Source: Macrostomum lignano | Taxonomy: Eukaryota | Reading direction: 5' to 3' | DNA: 64,000 nt | NCBI GenBank assembly: GCA_002269645.1 | Contig: NIVC01000084.1 | Span: forward strand, 930,001-994,000 | Part shown: in pieces, positions 1 to 9,828 of the stretch | Position numbering within the stretch: the stretch's first letter is position 1 | Layout: each line of letters starts with the position of its first letter | Translations under genes and position numbers: made by a program | The notes under the pieces: generated by a model | Seen by the model: only the letters and a program-made list of their open reading frames with translations | Database searches by the model: none | What the model was told of the DNA's origin: nothing

Positions 1-1521
1 GCATAACTTTTGAATAATTTGATATTTTTACCCCATTTAAAAAGCAAAACAACCGTTGGATTTTTTTCTACTTATGACGCAAGTTGCATCAAATTCGAAT
101 ATCACAGTCAGCCTCTGTACCGGTTTTTCCCGCTATTTTTGGGCCCACCCTTGTAGTTAAAATTAGGCGTCTTCAAAAATATTTCCTAGAAGTTTAATTA
201 TTTGTGCTTCTATTTAGGAAGTTTTTATTCTACTATACTTAGGTTGTAAGTAATTGTTTATAATAGTCTTTATGCAATTCCCGTCTTTTGCCTTTCTAAT
301 CTTTGCTCCACCGTCTCTCTTGTCTTTACATTTTGTTCATTCGTGTCTTAATTTGTTGTTAGTCAGTAGCCTAATGCATAGTTTTGCCATAGTCTTTGTT
401 TTATTAACTGTGATGCCATTATTTGCTACAGTGATCTGTTGATGCTATTAATGCTTCGATACAATGCTTTGCACTTTCTTTGTGGATTTTATTTCAGTGA
501 GTTTTTAACGGTGTAACTGAACAGCTTTAAATGTAGAATCTAACAGTTTTTATAGTTAAACCTTAGCTATATCGGTTTATAGACATTTGCACACGTTTCT
601 ATTGCAATAGTGTTTGCAGTTTAATAATCTAACAAAATACATTCGATTTTTAATGTCGAGGAATGTTTAACACGATTAGTAAAAATATATCACTCAAGGA
701 CTTCTCAAATAGAAGGACATAAAACCACGTTTCTTGAATAATTTTAGGGGGTAGGTTTTCTTCGAAAAAAAACTACCCTACGGAGATAGAAAATATTCAT
801 TTTTTCAGTACAAAAATTGTTATTGCCTTCGATAGGAGGCAGACCCAATGTTCATCTTTTGATATGCTGTGCCTTTCGAAAGCAATAACAATTTTATGCT
901 GAAAAAATGAAAACTCGGACAAAATTATTATTTTCTGTATCCACTTCGACGCATGGATCCAACTGCAGTGGATGCTAACACCCGGATTTTCTTAGAAATG
1001 AGCAGGAGGCCTATAAGTGTCAGAGGCTACACGAGCTAAACGATTCAGGGGATTGAAAGGGCCTGTCAACTCCTCAAAAACAAAAATTGGACATGGGATA
1101 CGGCAGTGGAGATAAGAGGGGTGTCTAAGAAAATTTTGGACGCACTAAGGTACACTACTTATAGTTAGTTGTAGTAGTATCGGCAGCAAAATGAATTTTA
1201 CTCAATTGTGTGCAAATCTTCGCATGTTTTTATTATCTATGGGTTAAAATGGCTCTGCAATCTCGACATTCTGGTTCAAAAGTGATCTTCCGTCTAATCA
1301 GAAACAGTTCTTGCTATTAACTCCAAGAAAAGTTCCAGTTAACAAATACTTTAATTTTCTTATTATAAAAGAAGCACAGAGACAGAGATTGCTTAGGGAG
1401 AAACGGATGAATGGGCCCGCAAATTTTATTGGTTTTGACTATGCGCATGAAATTACGAAAATGTGCTTAAGTGGTTTTGCATACTTGCTCGCTGTAAATT
1501 AGAATTTAACTGAAAAGAGCG

Positions 1522-2190
1522 ATTGGCTGGCTGACTTAGTGCACCAGAAACAAAACAATACTACAATATGAAATATGCGGTAACACAATGCAACTATTTA
1601 GAAATGATTTCCAGGCCACACACAGGTAATCGGAACTAAGTATTGGCTGGCTTACTTAGTACACCATGCTTAGAAACAAAACAATACTACAATATGAAAT
1701 ATGCGGTAACACAATGCAACTATTTAGAATTGATTCCCAGGCCACACACAGGTAATCGGAACAAAGTATTGGCTGGCTTACTTAGTACACCATGCTTAGA
1801 AACAAAACAATACTACAATATGAAATATGCGGTAACACAATGCAACTATTTAGAAATGATTCCCAGGCCACACACAGGTAATCGGAACAAAGTATTGGCT
1901 GGCTTACTTAGTACACCATGCTTAGAAACAAAACAATACTACAATATGAAATATGCGGTAACACAATGCAACTATTTAGAAATGATTTCCAGGCCACACA
2001 CAGGTAATCGGAACAAAGTATTAGCTGGCTTACTTAGTACACCATGCTTAGAAACAAAACAATACTACAATATGAAATATGCGGTAACACAATGCAACTA
2101 TTTAGAAATGATTCCCAGGCCACACACAGGTAATCGGAACAAAGTATTGGCTGGCTTACTTAGTACACCATGCTTAGAAACAAAACAATA
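1522..2190. repeat. Tandem repeat, 126-bp unit, ~5.3 copies
   Basis: Unit GTATTGGCTGGCTTACTTAGTACACC...GGTAATCGGAACAAA recurs at 1640 and 1766 and onward with the same period. It produces the 42-aa-periodic ORF 1643..2191. Confidence 0.95.
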
Positions 2191-3134
2191 GTTTTAGAGT
2201 AGTTTATTATTAATAGCTGGGTTAAATTTCACTGAATTAAAGTATTTGCCAGAAAGTCAAATAACCAATACACTGTCAGTTTGCTAAGGGCCACCTATAG
2301 TTTTGCCGCCTCCAATGCAGCACCGAACTGTTCCATTGAACTTCAGAGCAGCTATTGTTAGATCTCTGAAATTTTTTATTAAAGGTATAATGAGTCAGTT
2401 GAGGAAGTGTAGACTCCACTACACTTGTCAAATAGTTCTGCAACTTCTCTTTAGCTGGACTTGTTAATTTTTAATCACTTCTGCTTCGAGTTTCTTTAAA
2501 ATCATGAATTAGTTTGACAGGAATTTCCTTCTTTACAATAATTCGTAAAAAGCAGCAGTCCAACATAGCATTGTTGACCAAAGATAAAATCACTTTCTCC
2601 TAATGGGTATACGAGTATGTAGTATTTATGGAGTGCATAACATGCAGCCTGGGGGTGGTGAAGATGCAATTGTTATTGAAAGGCAAGTGCTTTTAACGAA
2701 TACTCATATTACATAGTGTCTATCCGGTGAGTTCAATAATGTGCGCCTTCTGAGCTTTTACCGCTAAATACACTGAACTCTCCAGTACAAACTTTGGCAC
2801 AATGGTCAGTTGTGTATATGGTTTTAGAGGTTACATGTAGTAGTAGCCTTAAGTAATGATTTCGAAGCGTTCAATAGTAGGCGTACAGCATGGGACAATG
2901 ACTATATTCTGTTACGAACTGTCGGGTAATTCTGGGCAGCAAGCTGTAACAATCGTAGAGAGCTGGCCGGTGAATCAAAGATAGCTGAGGGATGTCGATA
3001 ATTTTAAACAGGGAAATCCGTAACGTGCGCATGTGGCGAATTGACAAACGTATTTTAACCGGCTTTGAAAGCATCGAAGAGGGTTCGCATTTGAATTATT
3101 AGCTCTTGCACAGGTGACACGACCGAATACTTGC

Positions 3135-5294
3135 CTGTTTCCGGAGGAGTAAGCGTTGTGGTGAGATTAAAATACAACATTCCCCTGGTGCCACCGCATA
3201 GTTCTTTGTCATTGTGTCCACATCGATATGAACAAAATTTGGAGACGCTTATCTCGTTATTCGAAGGTAATTCCGATTTACAGTAGCAGCGGTCACCATT
3301 GGCGATGGCGAAATATTTGTATTTTCCATAGACATCATGCCTCACACACTCGGTAGCGCAAATGAGGTGTGACATATTTTTAGATTTCACTACTATTTTA
3401 AAATCGTCACCCTCCTCATGGTAGTTGTAGCAGCCAATTAGAGAATCTAAAAGAGTTGAAATCAAATTTATGCGAGGTGAGACCAAGTGCGCACACTAAT
3501 TGGCGTGTGGTTAATACGTGTAAAGGTATGCAGAAATATTCAGCTGCAGAAGATATATGAGAATGAACTTAAATATTAAACTCACTCGGAATAACCGGAT
3601 AGACTTTTGCTCCCTGCCTCTTTTCATCTGAAAGGGCAAAATCGTTGTTCAACGTGATAGACTACAAATACACTTTACGTCATCTCAAACAGAATTTCAG
3701 GTCATTTGAAAGGAAATGGCATAAAAAGCTGGAAGAACAATTGGCATTTCCAGGAAAACGTCCCGATGGGCAACCGTAGACAGTTGGGGCAATTTTTTAC
3801 TGTTAGATGAATGCCTGCAAGCTGTGAGAATCGAGAGATCTAAATGAATCAAAGATGATTGAGGGCATTTTATATTAGGTAAATAAATAAACGACTGAGT
3901 ATTGGTTTGCATTTGAATCAGCTCCTGCACAGGTGACACGACCGAATACTTGCCTGTTTCCGGAGGAGTAAGCGTTGTGGTGAGATTAAAATACAACATT
4001 CCAATGCTGCCACCGCATGGTTCCTTGTCATTTTGTTGACATCGAAATGAACAATATTTGAGGACGCTTATCTCGTTAATCGCAGGTAATTTCGATTTAC
4101 AGAAGCAGCGGTCACCATTGGCGATGGCGAAATATTTGAGTTTTCCATAGCCGTCACGACTCACACACTTGGTAGCGCAAATGAGGTGTGACATCTTTTT
4201 TGATTTTATTACTGCATAAAAATCGTCACCCTCCGCATAGTAGTGGTAGCAGCCAATTAGAGAATCTAAAAGAGTTGAAATCCAATTTATGGGAGGTGCA
4301 GGAGACCAAATTGGCGCGTGGTTAATACGCGTAAAGGCATGCAGAAATATTCAGCTGCTGAAGATAGATGAGAATGAACTTAAATATTAAACTCACTCGG
4401 AATAACCGGATAGACTTTTGCTCCCTGCCTCTTTTCATCTGAAAGGGCAAAATCGTTGTTCAACGTGATAGACTACAAATACACTTTACGTCATCTCAAA
4501 CAGATTTTCAGGTCATTTGAAAGGAAATGGCATAAAAAGCTGGAAGAACAATTGGCATTTCCAGGAAAACGTCCCCATGGGCAACCGTAGACAGTTGGGG
4601 CAATTTTTTACTGTTAGGTGAATGCCTGCAAGCTGTGAGAATCGAGAGATCTAAATGAATCAAAGATGGTTGAGGGCATTTTATATTCTTAGAGAATATC
4701 AGACAAATAAATCCTGAACATTAGGTAAATAAATAAACGACTGAGTATTGGTTTGCATTTGAATCAGCCCTTGCACAGGTGATACCACCGAATACTTGCC
4801 TGTTTCTGGAGGAGTAAGCGTTGTGTCCAGATTAAAATACAAAATTCCAATGCCGCCACCGCAGAATTGCTTGTCATTTTGTTGACATCGGTATGAACAA
4901 TAGCTCATGGGGATGCTTATCCCGGTCAACGAAGAAAATCCCGATTTACAGAAGCAGCGGTCACCATTGGCGATGCCGAAATATATGTATTTTCCGTTGA
5001 CATTACGCCTCACACACTCGGTAGCGCAAATGAGGTGTGACATATTTTTAGATTCTAGCACTGGTGTTCGAAAACCTTCAATCGTCTTCTTATAGTAGTA
5101 GCATCCAATTGGAAACTCTAAAAAGTTGAAATTAAATGTATAGCAGGTGAGACCAAGTTGGCACACAAAGGTTTGTGGTTTAACAAAACGTGCAAAAATA
5201 TTCTGCTGCAGAAGATGGATGAGATCCAATGAACTCAATTAAGTAAACTCACTCGGAATAACCGGGTAGACCTTCGCTCCCTGCTTCTTTTCAT
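3135..5294 (-). CDS. Multi-WSC-domain protein, three tandem exon cassettes: 5294-5253 + 5117-4800; 4438-4397 + 4265-3954; 3627-3586 + 3446-3135. The 3' terminal exon is not resolved.
   Basis: Each large exon encodes the 8-Cys WSC pattern (IGCY...C-x3-C...YF.I.NG.RCFC...C-x3-C...CGG...LYF) plus a TTTLTPPET linker. Exon lengths are 318/312/312 bp, all phase 1-1. Acceptors are TTTTAG and donors CAG|GCAAGT. The mini-exons (42 bp, EKK/RQGAKVYPVIP) have TTTCAG acceptors and GTGAGT donors. Confidence 0.85.
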
Positions 5295-6517
5295 CTGAAA
5301 AGGCGAAACCGTTGAATTCAGTAGAGAATATTAGCTCCTACATCAGCTCAGATTTTCGGGTCAGTGGTCGCGTGTGTCCATTCAGATTATCTAGCCGTTT
5401 GACTGGCAGTGACCGTGGCTAACATTAATGTGCTTCTCCTTGACTGTACGTTGTGCAATCAAATTTGAGCAGCATGGGTGCATTTTACTGTACCAGTAAT
5501 TGACTGCTCGTGACTGCCCGACTATGCGGATTGTAAAATGAAAAGTTATAGCATAAGGCCGTTTTCGATTATCTATCCATACAATAGGCATAATAGCCGC
5601 GTTGTAGACACATAGTGCAGAGAGACGGGGAGAATCAGAAGGTCCGCCCACTGACCCCTATTCAACCTGGAGCTGCCCAAGAAGGCGAGATCAACCCCAA
5701 GAAGCTTGACAACCCAAACACCCCTACTATGGACAGAGCTAAGAGAAAAAACTTTTTCTTTATTCGAATAATTTTTCTGTAACCTCTCTATCCCAAAATG
5801 TATGCAACTCAACGCATAGATTTGCAAAACCCCGAATAATCTCTAACCCACACACTTAGCAACCTACTAGAACTAACTAAATTCGTGTACAACTAGTGGA
5901 CTGAGTCCCAGATCTTTCTATTGCTTTAACCCCCCACCCCCCGGCGTTGCTCCGAGAGGTCAAAAATGCCAATCTGTATAAAATAGACGCCCAGCTCAAA
6001 CTGGAGCAGCACGTAGCGTTTTCGGATCTAGTAACCTGCTCTGATTTTATTGGTCTCTGGATTATCCAGTTGGTGCAAATCTAAGTCTTAAACCGCTTAT
6101 TTGTCTAAGAGTTATTGAAGGCGAGCTATTATGTGTGATGTGTGATGTGATGTGTGATGGAGAGCCTCCAATGCAGCTTCCCGCAGCTTTTTACCATTTA
6201 AATTTGAAAATAATTTTCTGGGGCTGCGTTAATTTTCTAGAGCAGTGCAAATCTGCTGCGATGGCGCGAATCTGGGTAAGAGTGGTACTAATCTGCTAAA
6301 CTGCAAGTGAACCATTGCAATAATTTTATTGAAAGCTGTTTTACTTAAACAGAAGAAAACTCAACAAAAAAAATTAAAGCGCCTGATCGAACATAAAAGA
6401 CTTTTTGGGATTTGCTACGATGTCAAGACTGATAAGGGGAATTGGTACGAGTAATTGCACTAATCTGAGTTTAATGTAAAACATTAGGAAGTGTCAAAAT
6501 AAAACAAAAGAAGTGCC

Positions 6518-6712
6518 ATGTAAAACACCTAGGAATTGCGCAATCTGCATGTAAAACACCTAGGAATTGCGCAATCTGCATGTAAAACACCTAGGAATTG
6601 CGCAATCTGCATGTAAAACACCTAGGAATTGCGCAATCTGCATGTAAAACACCTAGGAATTGCGCAATCTGCATGTAAAACATCTAGGAATTGCGCAATC
6701 TGCATGTAAAAC
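6518..6712. repeat. Minisatellite, 31-bp unit, ~6 copies
   Basis: ATGTAAAACACCTAGGAATTGCGCAATCTGC, period 31 (6518, 6549...). Confidence 0.95.
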
Positions 6713-6989
6713 ATTAAAGCAGAGTCATGTATGAAAAGAAGCGTCATGTCAGACATAAGAGAAGCTTCATGTACATAAAAATTTGTCATGTCAAAAAAAC
6801 AAGCCATGCATGAAAAGCATAAAGGTTGCGTCATGTCGAGGAACATAGAAGATTTATTTGTCCTTGGGAATTACTACGATGTCAAGTCTCAATTGCTATA
6901 ACGCTGTGACTCTTGAGGAGAATTTTATTGAGTGAGATATCAAGGCCTCTCGGGGGAGAATTGCTGAGATATCAAAACTAATGGGGGAA

Positions 6990-7526
6990 TCGCTGAGATG
7001 TCAAGGCTCACAGGGATATTGCTGCAGATGTCAAGGCTCACGGGGGGATTGTTGCAGATGTCAAGGCTTACGGGGGGATTGCTGCAGATGTCAAGGCTCA
7101 CGGGGGGATTGCTGCAGATGTCAAGGCTCACGGGGGGATTGTTGCAGATGTCAAGGCTCACGGGGGGATTGCTGCAGATGTCAAGGCTCACGGGGGGATT
7201 GTTGCAGATGTCAAGGCTCACGGGGGGATTGTTGCAGATGTCAAGGCTCACGGGGGGATTGCTGCAGATGTCAAGGCTCACGGGGGGATTGTTGCAGATG
7301 TCAAGGCTCACGGGGGGATTGTTGCAGATGTCAAGGCTCACGGTGGGATTGCTGCAGATGTCAAGGCTCACGGGGGGATTGTTGCAGATGTCAAGGCTCA
7401 CGGTGGGATTGCTGCAGATGTCAAGGCTCACGGGGGGATTGTTGCAGATGTCAAGGCTCACGGGGGGATTGTTGCAGATGTCAAGGCTCACAGGGATATT
7501 GCTGCAGATGTCAAGGCTCACGGGGG
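6990..7526. repeat. Minisatellite, 30-bp unit, ~17-18 copies
   Basis: GCTGCAGATGTCAAGGCTCACGGGGGGATT repeated. It is the source of the three overlapping periodic ORFs. Confidence 0.97.
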
Positions 7527-7819
7527 AGAATGGCTGAGAATTGGGGGGGTGCTGATTGCTAGTTTGAGATTTGAGATTTGAGAAATTTGAAAATCGGCAC
7601 CATAAAAAATCCCTGTATTGTAGAGATGAATTGTTATGCCTATGATCCAATTTTGAAACTGCAACTAATTTATATTTCTTAAGTTCAAGAAGTCCACTGA
7701 AAGCTTGTCGAAAAGACGTTAACTACTAAAGCTAACTTTTCCAGCTAGTATACTACCATGATCAATGCATTCTTACAAGCTAAAGCGCAAATCAAAGGCA
7801 AGAAAAAATCTGTACTCAC

Positions 7820-7898
7820 GTATCTCTGAGGACGGGGAGCTCAAAGTATTGTAGATGCCTGCGCTCATACAGAACAGAAGTAGAACCGTTCGGAACAT
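7820..7898 (-). CDS. Candidate first coding exon (signal peptide) of the WSC gene: MFRTVLLLFCMSAGIYNTLSSPSSEI
   Basis: ATG at 7898, hydrophobic N-terminus, 79 bp ending in phase 1 at a GTGAGT donor (7819-7814). This matches the phase-1 acceptor of the mini-exon at 5294. The link is inferred only. Confidence 0.5.
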
Positions 7899-9015
7899 GC
7901 TTGGGTCGAGGTGAATAAAATCAGTCTGATCGGCGCAAACTGTTGCTGAACTTATTAAGAAATAATGTTACTAGTTTCTCCTACAGAGCTGTCTGGTCAA
8001 GTTTTGTGAAAAGTGCAAATTCAGCTTATCGAAATTAGAAATCCTGAGAGCTCAGGGCTCGGGATCAGCAATATAAATGGGTCCGAGTCGCCCCTTTCAG
8101 CCACAGACGATACTGTACAATTCCATGGGCAGCACGATCGATAGTTGATCGCCGCTTGGTTTTGGGCCATAGACAAGTGAGCAGAAAGGGCAGGAATGTA
8201 AATGCAAAGTACATGTACGTCACGGGTCGTGATCAGCGTCACAGTAACGAGTGTAGATCCCCAATTGAAACTTTTCAAACCCGGCCAGTCGTTCGGCTCG
8301 TGCTATGCTACGTGTGCTGAAGCACACATTTCAATGTTGCTGAATGTAAACTACATGTACAGTGTAGCATTTGACCTTACAGTTTACAGTATGTATGTTT
8401 ACAGCAAAAAAGAATCATACAGCCCAGAGATTAGGCCAGCTAGCTATCTAGCCTAATAGCATCCCCTGTTTTGGCATCAAAAGCATCTCTTTAAGCCATG
8501 GCTTAACCCTAACTCTGTTTGACATGGCACTTCTTTAATATTGCTGTGGGTAATATGGGTAATGTGCATGACGTAAACATGAGAAGTTTTCACTGGTAAG
8601 ATAAGATCTACTACTGATCGAGATTTTCAATAGCTGCTGCCGATGGGACGATGGATTTGAAGTAGCCTGGTCTGGGGTTGTGCATAAAAGCTGTTCATGT
8701 GCAATATGCATGTACGGACTGTGTCCAATTGTTTGTACAGGCGTCTTCGAAATTTCGTACACTACATGATCGGTTTCGCAAAAAAACTGACTTGGCTATA
8801 TTGTGCAGTACGCGCGCGAGGCTTCCGACTATTCCCACCGAATGTAACTTTTATTTTTCCTTTGTGTGGGTTGTTCACCAAGTGCAAGGACTACTTAATA
8901 GTAATATACTACTATATTACATTATATTACTATTAAGTAGTCCCTTGCCCAGTGAAATCTTTACAGTATGTGGTTGACGTCATTTCCCTGTGTGGAAATT
9001 CCTTTTGCCTCTTAG

Positions 9016-9544
9016 TGTACTTCGGGAGCCCAACCCTTGTATTCTTCTTGCGTTGTTATGATGCGTTCTTTACTACTATAAGACAGCTTCTTAGTAATCA
9101 AGGAACAATCACTTCTTGCTACTGCTAGGCAACCCAGTAATCAAATGAAGGTTATTTATTACCTTGTGAGTTATAAATCCTTGAGAGTAGTTCTCTTGCA
9201 ACTCGCCATTCCTTGATTTCAGTAGTTCACGTACCTTGAGTCTGTAGTTCTGGTCCAATTTCCTTCTTGTATTCCTTGAAGTTGTCACTTCATTGCGGTT
9301 AGCCGGTATCTGTAGTTCGGACCAATAGGAAGCTTCGAATTAACAATGGAATTAACCTCGAATTAACCTAGCGCAAATAAGGCTTACCGCAAATAACTCA
9401 GCCGAGTCCTGGTTGACTGGGTCTGAAGGAAGTCTACAGGCTTCCTCTTCGGAGCTCCTTCTCTCTGGAAGATTCTAAGGCTCGTCCGCTTTGGACCACT
9501 TGTATTTATAGAGAATCGGACCCCACGTGAGGTCGTTGGGTACA
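9016..9544 (-). mobile_element. Possible solo LTR
   Basis: Bounded by TGTAC...GTACA. The minus strand has a TATA-like CTATAAATA (9503-9511) and a downstream AATAAA (~9155-9160). No TSD, PBS or PPT was found. Confidence 0.3.
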
Positions 9545-9620
9545 TTTTCTTAAATGTCAAAGGTTCACGCTTTGGTTGCTGTCAAGCCTGATAGGGTAGA
9601 AAGTGAAGCAACTATATCTA

Positions 9621-9828
9621 CCCTAGAGACAGACAATGCAAATTAAACGAGATTATAATATATTATATTTTTTGCAGAAAAATGCGCTTTTACTGCATTA
9701 TATGGTTGTAATGCATTTTAAAGCATTTATAATCCATTATAAACAGCATAATGTATTCAAAATGCATTATTCTGCAAAAAATATAGTATATTATAATCTC
9801 ATTTAATTTGCATTGTCAGTCTCCAGGG
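9621..9828. mobile_element. MITE, ~208 bp, ~60-bp TIRs, TA target duplication
   Basis: Left CCCTAGAGACAGACAATGCAAATTAAACGAGATTATAATATATTATATTTTTTGCAGAA pairs with right TTCTGCAAAAAATATAGTATATTATAATCTCATTTAATTTGCATTGTCAGTCTCCAGGG. TA lies on both flanks. Confidence 0.8.

Noticed and set aside
250-520. Minus-strand peptide ...DHCSKYGITVNKTKTM resembling the post-YADD motif of LINE reverse transcriptases
   Set aside because: No YADD or other RT motif nearby and the frame has stops. The resemblance is too short to support.
953-1170. MDPTAV...GYTS*TIQGIERACQLLKNKNWTWDTAVEIRGVSKKILDAL, vaguely like a helix-hairpin-helix (MUS81/PolX N-terminus)
   Set aside because: In-frame stop, no further domain, and similarity judged only by eye. 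An HMM search would be needed.
1643-2191. 182-aa ORF with 42-aa repeats
   Set aside because: A by-product of a stop-free 126-bp tandem unit. It starts at a non-ATG codon and has no splice or domain support.
6940-7650. Cys-rich (keratin-associated or metallothionein-like) and other periodic ORFs
   Set aside because: Three frames on both strands are open because the 30-bp unit lacks stops. It is an intronic minisatellite.
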